A stretch of 64,000 bases of DNA, from the NCBI GenBank assembly GCA_000092065.1, contig CP000599.1; one strand, given 5' to 3'. The notes under the pieces are model-generated. The model saw only the letters and a program-made list of their open reading frames with translations, was not told where the DNA came from and made no database searches. Shown here piece after piece: positions 47,416 through 57,498 of the stretch. The stretch is from Ostreococcus lucimarinus. Lineage: Eukaryota. The stretch's first letter is position 1, and each line of letters opens with the position of its first letter. The translations under genes and the position numbers were made by a program.

Positions 47416-48852
47416 ATGCGCGCGATGGGACGAAACGATAGGCGAACGGGAAGTGGGAAACGATGCGCGAAGCGCGCGACGCGATGCGATGTGGCGCAAT
47501 CGCCGGAACGGTCGACGACGGCGATCGCGAACTCGAAGACGGTGGCGGCGGTGATCCTCGGAGGCGGGGCGGGGACGCGATTGTACCCGCTCACGAAGAG
47601 CCGAGCGAAACCGGCGGTGCCGATCGGTGGGGCGTATCGATTGATCGACGTCCCGATGTCGAACTGCCTGAACAGCGGGATCTCGAAGGTTTACATTTTG
47701 ACGCAATTCAACAGCGCGTCGTTGAACCGACACTTGGCGCGCACGTACAACTTTGGTAACGGGATCATGTACGGTGGGAATGGTTTCGTGGAGGTGCTGG
47801 CGGCGACGCAAACGCCGGGTCAAGGCGGGAAGGAGTGGTTCCAAGGCACCGCCGACGCCGTGCGACAGTACTCTTGGTTGTTCAACGACGTCAAGAACAA
47901 GGACGTCGAGGACATCGTCATCTTGGCGGGCGATCACTTGTACCGCATGGACTACATGAAGTTCGTCGAGGCGCACAGAGAAAGCAACGCCGACATTACC
48001 GTCGGTACGTTGCCGATCGACGAAGAGCGCGCGAGCGATTTTGGTTTGATGAAGATTGACTCGTCGGGACGCATCGTCGAATTCACCGAAAAGCCCAAGG
48101 GCGACGCCCTGCAAGCGATGAAGGTGGACACCACCATTCTCGGTTTGACCGCGGCCGAGGCCGAGGCGAAGCCTTTCATCGCTTCCATGGGGATTTACGT
48201 CTTCAAGAAGTCGATGTTGGTCAAGTTTTTGGACGACGACTACCCCGAAGACAACGACTTTGGCGGCGAAATCATCCCGAAGGCGAGCGCCGACGGCGCC
48301 AGAGTGCAAGCGTACTTGTTCAACGATTACTGGGAGGACATTGGAACCATGAAGAGCTTCTTCGAGGCTAACTTGGCCTTGGCCAAGGACCCGCCGAACT
48401 TTGAGTTTTACAACGCCGAAGCGCCGATTTACACTTCGCCGCGCTTCTTGCCGCCGGCCAAGATTGAACGGTGCCACGTCAAGGACTCCATCATCTCTCA
48501 CGGTGCCGCTCTCGCGGATTGCTCCGTCGAAGAATCCATCGTCGGTTTGCGCTCGCGCGTCGAAGCGGGGACGAAGATCAAGCGCACCATGATCATCGGC
48601 GCCGACTTTTACGAGAGCGAGGAGAAGCGTAAAGCCATCTTAGCCGCCGGCGGCGTCCCGGTCGGGATCGGCGAGAACACCATCATCGAGAACGCCATCA
48701 TCGACAAGAACGCGCGCGTCGGGAAGAACTGCGTCATCACCAACAAGGACAACATCGAAGACTTGGCCGACGAAGAGCGCGGCGTCTTCATCCGCAACGG
48801 CATCGTCACCATTCTCAGAAACTGCACCATCCCCGACGGGACGGTCATCTGA
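47416..48852 (+). CDS. glucose-1-phosphate adenylyltransferase (ADP-glucose pyrophosphorylase)
   Basis: [65 protein letters not shown] matches the AGPase N-terminus. The protein is collinear through the left-handed beta-helix C-terminus. ATG at 47416; a transit-peptide exon may lie upstream. TGTAA ~75 nt after the stop. Confidence 0.85.
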   Translation: MRAMGRNDRRTGSGKRCAKRATRCDVAQSPERSTTAIANSKTVAAVILGGGAGTRLYPLTKSRAKPAVPIGGAYRLIDVPMSNCLNSGISKVYILTQFNSASLNRHLARTYNFGNGIMYGGNGFVEVLAATQTPGQGGKEWFQGTADAVRQYSWLFNDVKNKDVEDIVILAGDHLYRMDYMKFVEAHRESNADITVGTLPIDEERASDFGLMKIDSSGRIVEFTEKPKGDALQAMKVDTTILGLTAAEAEAKPFIASMGIYVFKKSMLVKFLDDDYPEDNDFGGEIIPKASADGARVQAYLFNDYWEDIGTMKSFFEANLALAKDPPNFEFYNAEAPIYTSPRFLPPAKIERCHVKDSIISHGAALADCSVEESIVGLRSRVEAGTKIKRTMIIGADFYESEEKRKAILAAGGVPVGIGENTIIENAIIDKNARVGKNCVITNKDNIEDLADEERGVFIRNGIVTILRNCTIPDGTVI

Positions 48853-49052
48853 TCGATCGATCCCTTCCGGACGCCGCGCCGAGCAAATCACGCAAGCGAT
48901 AATCACAAAAGACCTAGTTCAGCATGTAAATCGACCTATCTCTTGATTGAGCGTCTCGCGCGCCGCTCCGCTCGCCGTCTCGCGCGCGTCCCGCGTCCGC
49001 ACTTTGCCGCGTCGCTCGCGCTCCGTCGCGCGCGCGCGCGTCGTCGGGTCCG

Positions 49053-50867
49053 ATGCACGCGAATGGCTACGCGCGCAACGCCTCGGTCGAGCTGTACTGC
49101 TTCTGCGTCGTCGCTCTGGGTCTGATCCTGTACGGCTACCCGGTGGGTGTTACGAACGTCATGCTCACCTCGCCCGCGCAATTCCAGCGCGACGCCGGAT
49201 TCGAGGGCGACGTCGAGACGCTGGGAATGCTGGTCAGCGCCAACAGCGCCGGCGCGCTGATCGGGTGCGCGCTGACGCTGGTGCCGACGCGCGGCGTCGC
49301 GGCGGCGGACGCGCTGGGACGAGTGGCGCTCGTCAAACTCGGCGCGGGATGTTACGCCGCGGCGTCGCTCGCCATGGCGCTCACGCCGATGAAATTGAAC
49401 GAAATATTCGGCAGTCGCGCGGTGATACGTTGGTTCGCGGCGTGCCGGTTGTTGTACGGGATCGGGATGACGCTGACGTACGGCGGCGCGGCGGTGTACG
49501 TGGCGGAGTTGATGTCGCAGCAAACGCGCGGGTATTACTTGCCGATGATGAGCGTGATGACGATGACGGGGGATTTGCTCGGGAATTTCGTGGGGATGCC
49601 GTTGGAGCGCGCGGCGGGAGGATGGCGCGTGCTCGCGGCGTTGCCGGTGCCGGTGGCGTTGGGGTTTTACGCGTACGCGCGCAAGCTGCCGGATTCGCCG
49701 CGGTGGGAAGTGTTGAACGCGACGAACGCGGCGCAGCGCGAGGGAGAGGCGAGAAGGAGGGCGGCGGCGGAGAAGAAACGCGGAAAGCGTGGGTTGTTTG
49801 GACGCGGCCGCGATTCGAACGCGCCGTCGGATTCGGAGAGCGAGAACGAACCGTCGTGGACCGCGCGAGACGTCGACTTGACGGCGGCGCGGCGGTCGCT
49901 GGGGATTTTACGAAATGAATCCGCCAAGGCGTCTTTTTCCGTCACCGACGCGTGCGTACGTCGATCGAGATCCGGCGGCGCGGGAGGTTTGCTCGCGCCG
50001 CCCAACCCCGACGCGCAGAGTAAACAAATGAAGAAGGAGATTGAACAGGAGCTCGCGGAAATCATCGACGTCGTAAAAACTGGTTCGAAGAACGGGCGCG
50101 ATTGCGCTTCGGCGGTGAACACCGACGCGAGTAAGCGCGCGATGACCGTGGCGTTTGGTTTATCCATCATGTCGATGTTGAGCGGCGTTCCGGCGATGAG
50201 TTACTTCACCAAACACATCTTCGAGATGACGGGGCACACGCCCACGGCGGCGAGCGGGATGACGACGGCGCTTGCCTTGTGCAAGCTCATCGTCACAATC
50301 TTCGTCGCGATGTCCCTTGAAACTTTTGGACGACGACGAATGCTACTCATCGGTATATCCATTCAGGGCGTCGCGATGACGCTCTTGGCGTTTCTCTTCG
50401 ACGGCGTCACGTGGATCGAGGACCCGCGACACGCCGTGTCGTTTCAGCTCTTGAACGGATCCATCGCACAAGTCGCCGACGTCGCGATTTTCGTCAACGC
50501 CGTCGGGTTTCATCTCAGTTTTTGGGCACTCGCGTGGACGGTGGCGAACGAATTGAGCCCGCTGCGCACGCGAGCCACCATCATGGCCATCAACTCGATG
50601 TTTTCCTGGACGCTCAGCACGGTGACGGTTCGCTTCCTCCCGGTGATGATGAAATCTCCGGGAATTTCCGCCACCTTTGGCTTTTGCGCCGTCAACCTCT
50701 ATGCGACGATCATTTTCGTCTACTTGTACGTCCCGGAAACCAAAGGACGGACGCTCGAAGAGCTGGAAATCGTCATGACCAAGTCTTCGAGCCTTCGCGA
50801 CGTCGTGCGTCGCTTGAATCGACCCGACGAAGACGACGATTTGAAACCGCTCGCCGGCGCGCTTTGA
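49053..50867 (+). CDS. major facilitator superfamily sugar-porter-like transporter with long central cytosolic loop
   Basis: Twelve hydrophobic helices in 6+6 arrangement. Sugar-porter motifs PDSPRW (for PESPRW) and PETKGRTLEELE at the C-terminus. GRR-type loop motif LETFGRRRMLL. Confidence 0.75.
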   Translation: MHANGYARNASVELYCFCVVALGLILYGYPVGVTNVMLTSPAQFQRDAGFEGDVETLGMLVSANSAGALIGCALTLVPTRGVAAADALGRVALVKLGAGCYAAASLAMALTPMKLNEIFGSRAVIRWFAACRLLYGIGMTLTYGGAAVYVAELMSQQTRGYYLPMMSVMTMTGDLLGNFVGMPLERAAGGWRVLAALPVPVALGFYAYARKLPDSPRWEVLNATNAAQREGEARRRAAAEKKRGKRGLFGRGRDSNAPSDSESENEPSWTARDVDLTAARRSLGILRNESAKASFSVTDACVRRSRSGGAGGLLAPPNPDAQSKQMKKEIEQELAEIIDVVKTGSKNGRDCASAVNTDASKRAMTVAFGLSIMSMLSGVPAMSYFTKHIFEMTGHTPTAASGMTTALALCKLIVTIFVAMSLETFGRRRMLLIGISIQGVAMTLLAFLFDGVTWIEDPRHAVSFQLLNGSIAQVADVAIFVNAVGFHLSFWALAWTVANELSPLRTRATIMAINSMFSWTLSTVTVRFLPVMMKSPGISATFGFCAVNLYATIIFVYLYVPETKGRTLEELEIVMTKSSSLRDVVRRLNRPDEDDDLKPLAGAL

Positions 50868-51283
50868 GCCGCCATAGCACTAGCATAATATTAGATTTGT
50901 ATTGACCAGCGCGCTTAGCACGACTTCGGCGCCGTGCGTCCCCGCGCGCTTTCGCTCGCCGCCGCGCCGGCGCTCGACCGTCCCGCTCGACCGTCCCTCA
51001 CATCCAAGCGCGCGGTCGAATGCCCATCGGCGCGCGCGCGTTCGCCGTCTCGGCATCGCGTGCGCCCGTGCGATCGCAACTCCGCGCTCGCGCGCGCCGC
51101 GAGCGCGCCGACGGCGTCGCGAGACGACGATTTATCTCGCACAAAGGGGACACCCTCAAGCCTTGTGAATCAGTTCTACCGCGCGCACGCGCGCGCGCGA
51201 GCGATCTCGCGCCTCGCGACGGCGTAAACTTGCAGACCATCATTTTGAGCAAGCTCCCGAGCGCTCGCGCGGACGTGGCGACG

Positions 51284-52630
51284 ATGACGTCGGGAGATGC
51301 GACGAAGATTTTTTTCACCGCGCTCGCGGCGCTCGCGCTCGTCGCGGCGCGCGCGGCGGCGCGCGCGCTGACGACGCGCGAGGCGAAGAAACGCGTGGTG
51401 ATCATCGGTGGTGGATTCGCTGGGATGCAAGCGGCGCTGGATCTGCGGAAAACGTGCGAGGTGACGCTGATTGATAAGAAGCGGTATTTCGAATACGTCC
51501 CGGGGACGCCGGCGGCGCTCGCGGGCGCGGCGCCGTTGAGTCCGGCGTCGCGCGGAGACTCGGCGAAGAAACGCGAAAAGACGCTGACGGTGCCGTATAG
51601 CAAGGCGCTCGGAAAGAGCGTGGCGTTCGAATGCGCGGCGGGACGAGACGTGCGGGTGATGAGCGCGTACGTGGACGTCGGCGGCGACCGCTTTGAATAC
51701 GACGAATTGATACTCGCCACCGGGAGTCATTATCCGGGCGTGTTGAAAGCGGAGTGCGACGGTGAGGCAGGAGAAGACAGAGATGCGAGAATGCGAGAGA
51801 TCGCCGAGGCGCGAGAGGACGTGACGAAGGGGAAATCGGTCGTCGTCATCGGAGGCGGCGTCGTCGGCGTCGAGGTCGCGGGCGAACTCGCGGCGAGAAA
51901 CGCCAAGATGAAATCGGGTGCGCGCGTGATTCTCGTGCACAGCGGCCCAAGGTTGCTCGATACGTTGCCCAAGTTTGTCAGTGAGTATGTGTCGAAAACG
52001 CTCGTGAGATTTGGGGTGGAGGTGTACGTCGGGCAAACGTACGACCGCGTCGGCGACTCGTTCGTCGGGCGAATGAACGAAAACGTCATCGAGGGCGATA
52101 GGGTCATGATGTGCGTCGGCGCCAAGCCCGCGACTGAGTTCTTGGATCGGGAGAGCGTGAACTTCAGCGAAGATGACGATGACTCGCCGCTAAATTTTCC
52201 GCTCGACATGATTGGGCGCGTTCGAGTGGACGAGGCGACGCGTCAAGTCATCGGCTACGACAACGTCTACGCCGTCGGCGACTGCGCGTGTAAATTACCG
52301 GACCAGATGCTCGCTTCGTACGCGCACTGGGAGGCCGAATACGTGTCAAAGCGAATCATGTGCGACGGCGACGCTCGCGCGCTCGGGAAACTCGGCAGAT
52401 ATCGTCTTCCGCCGCGGTTGATGGCGATTTCTCTGGGCCCGTTCGCGGGCGTCGTCGTCTGGGGCGACAGAATTTTATGCCGCGGATGGTGCGCCGCCGT
52501 GTTCAAGGCGTTGATCCAGTTTTGGTTCATTCGCTTCCTTCCCGCGCCGTATTCCATCATGAAGAGATTCCCTCGCATGCGCGTGAAACCGCCCGCGAGT
52601 GTGATTTTGCGCAAACCGCTCGCGAATTAA
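51284..52630 (+). CDS. FAD-dependent pyridine nucleotide-disulfide oxidoreductase, AIF/FSP1 (AIFM2)/NDH-2-like, N-terminally membrane-anchored
   Basis: N-terminal hydrophobic anchor IFFTALAALALVAARAAA. First Rossmann VVIIGGGFAGMQAA; second Rossmann VVVIGGGVVGVEVAGELA. C-terminal YAVGDCA motif. ATG at 51284. Confidence 0.7.
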   Translation: MTSGDATKIFFTALAALALVAARAAARALTTREAKKRVVIIGGGFAGMQAALDLRKTCEVTLIDKKRYFEYVPGTPAALAGAAPLSPASRGDSAKKREKTLTVPYSKALGKSVAFECAAGRDVRVMSAYVDVGGDRFEYDELILATGSHYPGVLKAECDGEAGEDRDARMREIAEAREDVTKGKSVVVIGGGVVGVEVAGELAARNAKMKSGARVILVHSGPRLLDTLPKFVSEYVSKTLVRFGVEVYVGQTYDRVGDSFVGRMNENVIEGDRVMMCVGAKPATEFLDRESVNFSEDDDDSPLNFPLDMIGRVRVDEATRQVIGYDNVYAVGDCACKLPDQMLASYAHWEAEYVSKRIMCDGDARALGKLGRYRLPPRLMAISLGPFAGVVVWGDRILCRGWCAAVFKALIQFWFIRFLPAPYSIMKRFPRMRVKPPASVILRKPLAN

Positions 52631-52766
52631 AGGGAGACCAAGAGACACGGGGACACCAAAAAAAAACGCACGTTGGTTCTCGACGACCGCCGCACACGCG
52701 GTCACCGCGCCGTGTCGGCGCGTGAAAAACGCGCTCGCGGCGCGCGCGCGCGCTCGCGGCGCGCTC

Positions 52767-53582
52767 ATGGTCAAGTTGTGCGTCGACAGCCCCGCGCTCG
52801 ACGTGGACGCGGCGACGCTCTGGCGAGCGCGCACGACGTCGCTCTTCATGACGTGCGAACGCGCGGTATTTGGTGATTTAGAGAGATCCGTCGTGTTATA
52901 CGAACGGTGTAGACACGATGAAAACCGCGCGCGGTGCGTGATACGAACGAAACTCGACGCGAAGCTGCCGTACATGGCGAGACGGGCGCTCGGGGTGAAG
53001 TCGTCGCGAGACGCCGTGGTGATGTACGACGACGTCACCCTCGAAGAGACGCAGAGCACGGGGCCGTATCTGTTCGAAGCGTCGTCGCGGACGTACGGGA
53101 CGTTTTTAAATCCCGAAAATAGCGTGTTGAAAGGGACGGTGCTGTGTAAATCAGTCGACGACGGTTCTATGTTGAGCGTGCGGTTGGAGTGCGCGGTGAA
53201 AATGACGGGCATCGGGAGCGCGATCGAGCGAACGATCGTCAGCGGCATGAAGACGAAGTTTGCGCTGTATCCGAAAGTCATCGAGCTTTACAAGGCTAAA
53301 CTGCGAGAGAATGAGGCCAAACGGCGAGAGAGAGACGAAGAGAGAGCGGCGAAGGCGAGCATCGACGCGTGCGCCGACGCGTGCGAATTTCACTCCGCGC
53401 GCGATTCGGATAGCGAACGGGACGACGTCGCGCCATCACTCGCTGACGATAGAGTCGCCGACGCGAAAAAAGGCGACGCGACGAGTCCAATCGCGACGGG
53501 ATGTTGCGTCCCCGCGTCGCGTCGCCGCTCGCGCTCGTCAAATTCAAACTCAAACGCCGCTCCCGTCAAAAGAATCCCATAG
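52767..53582 (+). CDS. hypothetical protein (weak resemblance to PRELI/MSF1-like fold)
   Basis: ORF with coding-like composition and an ATG at 52767. The first ~180 aa have mixed beta/alpha character; the C-terminus is a K/E/R-rich helix. The family assignment is speculative. Confidence 0.35.
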   Translation: MVKLCVDSPALDVDAATLWRARTTSLFMTCERAVFGDLERSVVLYERCRHDENRARCVIRTKLDAKLPYMARRALGVKSSRDAVVMYDDVTLEETQSTGPYLFEASSRTYGTFLNPENSVLKGTVLCKSVDDGSMLSVRLECAVKMTGIGSAIERTIVSGMKTKFALYPKVIELYKAKLRENEAKRRERDEERAAKASIDACADACEFHSARDSDSERDDVAPSLADDRVADAKKGDATSPIATGCCVPASRRRSRSSNSNSNAAPVKRIP

Positions 53583-54318
53583 CCGCCACTTTTGATTTCA
53601 CCCTGCCAAACTTTTTAAGCTTGAACGGCTCTTTATCGACGACTTTCGCGATTTTCGCGTCGTTCGACGACGCCGGCCGCGCTTCATCGCGACTCGTCGC
53701 CGCGCTCGCTCGCGCCGCGGCGCGTTCGGCCACTTTTGCCCGGACCCAATCCTGCGAGTAATCCCCTCGAATCAACGCCGCGATCGACTGCGATCGCGGC
53801 GCGTAGCCTTCAGCGTAACGTATTTCCTCGGCGTAACGCGTTTCGGACGGTCGCCCGTACGTCGCGTTCGCGTCCACGCGCGGAGGTTCCGCGCGCACCT
53901 CGCCCGACTTGAGCAAAATAGGTTCGGCGAGCGTCCTGAACCGCCGCACCTCCGCCGAGTTCACGCACTTGTTCTGCGTCGCTTTCTTATTCATCGCCAT
54001 TAAATCCAATCCGCCCTTGTAAGAGACTTTGTTCGTCGACGACGACGCGCTGAATTCGCGCCACGCGAGCGCGTCTCGCGCGCTCAAAGTCTCGCGCGCC
54101 GGTCCGCCGCCGAACGTCGCATCGCGCGCGCGCGCCGGCGCGAATATCAGGTGCTCGCGCGCGCGCCCGACTTCTTTATTGGTGTTTATCAACGCGTTCG
54201 TCGCGATCGACGCGCGGTCGAAGCCGATGCGAGCGTCCATCGCGCGCTGCGCGATGTGAAGACTCGCCAAAAATAGTCTCTCGCCGCGCGTCGTCGATCG
54301 ATCCATCGATCCATCCAT
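53566..54318 (-). CDS. hypothetical protein
   Basis: 250-aa ORF with a non-repetitive sequence and a basic C-terminus (FKLKKFGRVKSKV). No family recognised. Confidence 0.35.
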   Translation of the reverse strand: MDGSMDRSTTRGERLFLASLHIAQRAMDARIGFDRASIATNALINTNKEVGRAREHLIFAPARARDATFGGGPARETLSARDALAWREFSASSSTNKVSYKGGLDLMAMNKKATQNKCVNSAEVRRFRTLAEPILLKSGEVRAEPPRVDANATYGRPSETRYAEEIRYAEGYAPRSQSIAALIRGDYSQDWVRAKVAERAAARASAATSRDEARPASSNDAKIAKVVDKEPFKLKKFGRVKSKVAAMGFF

Positions 54319-54415
54319 CGAATCGCGCGACGACGCGCGAGCGGCGCGAAAGTAACACCACGCGTCGCGACGCGAATTCTGAATTCCACGCGCGAACGCG
54401 ATCGCGTTTCACCGA

Positions 54416-54793
54416 TCACCGCGACGCGTCGCCGTCGCCGTCCGTCTTCGCCGCGCGTTCCGCCGCGCGTCCTCGCGCGCGAGCGAGCCACGCCGAATCC
54501 TTCCTCTCGTCCCCCCGCGCGCCCCTCGCGTCGCGCGCGCGCGCCGTCGGCGCCGTCGCCGTCGCCGTCGTCGCGCCCGCGCCCGCGCTCGCCGCCAATC
54601 TCTCCCCGCTTCCGCGCGTCGTCGTCGACGCGTCGATGAAAACGCCTCGCCCCGCCGTCGCCGCGTCAATCTCCCCCCCCCGCGAGCGCTGCGCCGCCCG
54701 CGCCCCCTCGAACCGCACCCGCATCGCCGCCAGCGCCTCCCGCGTCGCCGCGTCCGCGATCATCGTCGTCCCGCCGTCGTCGTCGTCGTCGTC

Positions 54794-54829
<36 letters not shown>

Positions 54830-55380
54830 GCGTTCAAACCTCGCCACGTCCGCCGCGCTCGCGACCGCGCGACACGTCGGACACGTCGGACGCGTCACCG
54901 CGCTCCCCCCCTCCCCCCCCCCTTTCGCCCACTTCAAAAAGCACGCGCCGTGAAACGCGTGCCAACACGCGTCCAACCGCGCGCGCGTCTCGCGCGTCGC
55001 CGCCTCGCGACAAATCGCGCACCGCCTCGCCGCGCGTCCCATCGCCCGCGCGCGCGCTCGAGCCGCGCCCAGCACCGCCACGAGATATCCCTCCGTCCGT
55101 TCGAACGCCTCGGCGTCGCGCGCGATCGCCGCCGCGAGCGCGCTCGCCGCGTCGTCGTCGTCCGCGCCTCTGGTGTGTGTAATCATAATCGTCGTCTCAC
55201 TGTTTGGCCATAGGTGTGGATTCGCAATCGTCACGACGACGTCGCACGACGCGTCGGCGTCGTCCCGGTCGTCGGCGCTCGTCGCGCGGTGCGCGACGAC
55301 GACGCGGTCGGTCGTTCGCGACACCGACGGCGCGACGCCGAGGTAGACGCGCGCGGCGTCGAGCTCGGCGTCGAGCGCCA
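54416..55380 (-). CDS. RING-H2 zinc-finger protein (putative E3 ubiquitin ligase)
   Basis: RING-H2 pattern CAICREAATRETRARLDACWHAFHGACFLKW...CPTCR. ATG at 55380-55378. Poly-Asp and poly-Ala tracts encoded by (GTC)n/(GCC)n. Confidence 0.6.
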
Positions 55381-55580
55381 TGGTGTGCGGCGTCGGCGGC
55401 GCGCGCGGGTGACATAGAGTGTTAGGGGTGCGCACTACGACGTTTGGTATCGTATATTGATCGATATTCGTCCTTCGACGCGCGTTCGCGCGCGCGTATC
55501 TGCGCTCGACTCGGCGTCGCGCAACACCTTCCCCCCGCGCGCGCGCGCGCGCGACGGCGCGACGCGACCGACGACGCGCG

Positions 55581-55612
<32 letters not shown>

Positions 55613-55656
55613 CGACGGGGCGCGACGGTCGCGGGACGCGCGCGATCGAGCGCGCG

Positions 55657-56940
55657 ATGGCGACGCGCGAAGGCGGCGCGAAGAAGAATCGCGGCGCGAG
55701 AATCGCGAAACCCTCGATCGACGCGACGATCGTCGGTGGCGCGTGCGTCGTCGCGCTCGCGGGACGCGCGCGCGCGGTGCTCGCGGGAGACGTCCCGTCG
55801 GGGGGCGGCTCGGCCGTGGACGGGTACTTCAACTCCGAGAGCACGCTGAAGAGCGCGGTGGACGCGTGCTGGAGCTCGTCGACGACGGTGAACGCGGCGT
55901 GCGCGGACGGCGCGGTCGGCATCGCGGATTGGAACGTCGGCGACGTGACGAGCATGCGTGACATGTTCTCCGAAAAGGAGGGCTTTAACGCCGACTTGAG
56001 TCGTTGGAACACGAAGTCGGTGACGACCATGAGTGCCATGTTCAACGGCGCGACGAGCTTCAACGGCGACATGCCGAACTGGAACGTCGAGAAGGTGACG
56101 CACATGACTCACATGTTCCGAGACGCGACGAGCTTCAACGGCGACATGCCGAACTGGAACGTCGAGGCGGTGACGAACATGGCTCAAGTGTTCTCCGGCG
56201 CGACGAGCTTCAACGGCGACATCTCGAACTGGAACCCGAAGGCGGTGACGGGCATGTATCGCACGTTCTACGGCGCGACGAGCTTCAACGGCGACATCTC
56301 GAACTGGAACGTCGAGGCGGTGAAGGACATGAGTCAAGTGTTCAACGGCGCGACGAGCTTCAACGGCGACATCTCGAACTGGAACGTCGAGGCGGTGACG
56401 AGCATGCGTGACATGTTCTACGGCGCGACGAACTTCAACGGCGACATCTCAAACTGGAACCCGAAGGCGGTGAAGGACATGAATCAAATGTTCCGAGACG
56501 CGACGAGCTTCAACGGCGACATCTCCGCGTGGAACATCCAAGCCGTTACGGACATGTCTAACATGTTCAACAACGCGCGGGCTTTCGCGCGAGACATCAC
56601 GGGCTGGAACGCGGCGGCGATCGCCGCCGCGCGCGACGCCACCAAAGTTTCCGGCATGTTCAAGAACGCCACGGCGTGGCGCGCGATCTACACCAACACG
56701 CAGACGTCTTACTTTTCGGCGAACGACGGCCCGCCGCATTTGTGGACCGCCGGCGCCGCCGCTCCCGGCGCCGGCGCCGCCGCTCCCGGCGCCTCCGTCG
56801 CAGACTTCCCCGAGTGGGGCGTCGCCCTCGTCGCCCTCTCGCTCGCGCTCTCCACGATCACGTCCATCGTCGTCATCGCGCGCGCGCTGTGCGCGCCCAA
56901 GATTCTCGTTCCCGCCGCGCGGTGGTCCGCGCGCGTCTGA
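55657..56940 (+). CDS. DUF285/BspA-like repeat surface protein with C-terminal transmembrane anchor
   Basis: Nine tandem 25-aa repeats with consensus F.GATSFNGDISNWNVEAVT.M..MF, nearly identical at DNA level (75-nt period, e.g. ggcgcgacgagcttcaacggcgacatctcgaactggaac). This is the repeat type of the 'Mycoplasma protein of unknown function' (DUF285) / BspA-like families. A C-terminal hydrophobic helix follows (VALVALSLALSTITSIVVIARAL). ATG at 55657. Confidence 0.7.
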   Translation: MATREGGAKKNRGARIAKPSIDATIVGGACVVALAGRARAVLAGDVPSGGGSAVDGYFNSESTLKSAVDACWSSSTTVNAACADGAVGIADWNVGDVTSMRDMFSEKEGFNADLSRWNTKSVTTMSAMFNGATSFNGDMPNWNVEKVTHMTHMFRDATSFNGDMPNWNVEAVTNMAQVFSGATSFNGDISNWNPKAVTGMYRTFYGATSFNGDISNWNVEAVKDMSQVFNGATSFNGDISNWNVEAVTSMRDMFYGATNFNGDISNWNPKAVKDMNQMFRDATSFNGDISAWNIQAVTDMSNMFNNARAFARDITGWNAAAIAAARDATKVSGMFKNATAWRAIYTNTQTSYFSANDGPPHLWTAGAAAPGAGAAAPGASVADFPEWGVALVALSLALSTITSIVVIARALCAPKILVPAARWSARV

Positions 56941-57131
56941 GCGCGCCGTCGGCGCGACTTCGACGTCGACGCAACTTTTTATCCACGCAATCAACATCCA
57001 TGCACCGCATTAAACCGTCTTCGAACGCCGCGCGCTCGACGAACCGCGATCGCGGCGCCGACCCTCGACGCGGCGTTCGATACCGACGCCGCGTTCACGG
57101 AGCGCGCCAACGCGCACCTCTGGAACCTATG

Positions 57132-57369
57132 AATGACGCGAATCGCGCATCAGATACCGCATTCACGCGCTCTAACGCGTACATCTCAACCCTGATCCGC
57201 GCGATAAATGACGCGAATCGCGCATCAGATACCGCATTCACGCGCTCTAACGCGTACATCTCAACCCTGATCCGCGCGATAAATGACGCGAATCGCGCAT
57301 CAGATACCGCATTCACGCGCTCTAACGCGTACATCTCAACCCTGATCCGCGCGATAAATGACGCGAATC
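57132..57369. repeat. 75-bp tandem repeat x3.2 in the 5' region of the MiaB-like gene
   Basis: The unit aatgacgcgaatcgcgcatcagataccgcattcacgcgctctaacgcgtacatctcaaccctgatccgcgcgata starts at 57132, 57207, 57282 and, truncated, 57357. The copies are essentially identical. Confidence 0.9.
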
Positions 57370-57498
57370 CCTCGCGCCGCGCGCGGCCGCGGCGTCGGCG
57401 CGACGTCGCACTCGCGCGCGCGCTCGACGCCCGACCGCCGCTCTCGCGCGCGCGCGCCGAATCCGCGCCCTCGCCGAATCCGCGCGCGCTCGCGAGCG

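Noticed and set aside
57132-57369. The 75-bp direct repeats considered as a CRISPR array. The 33-bp repeats at 10581-10850 and the DUF285 75-nt repeats were considered likewise.
   Set aside because: The units are contiguous tandem copies without unique spacers. Two of the three arrays are protein-coding, and the genomic context is eukaryotic. These are minisatellites, not CRISPR.
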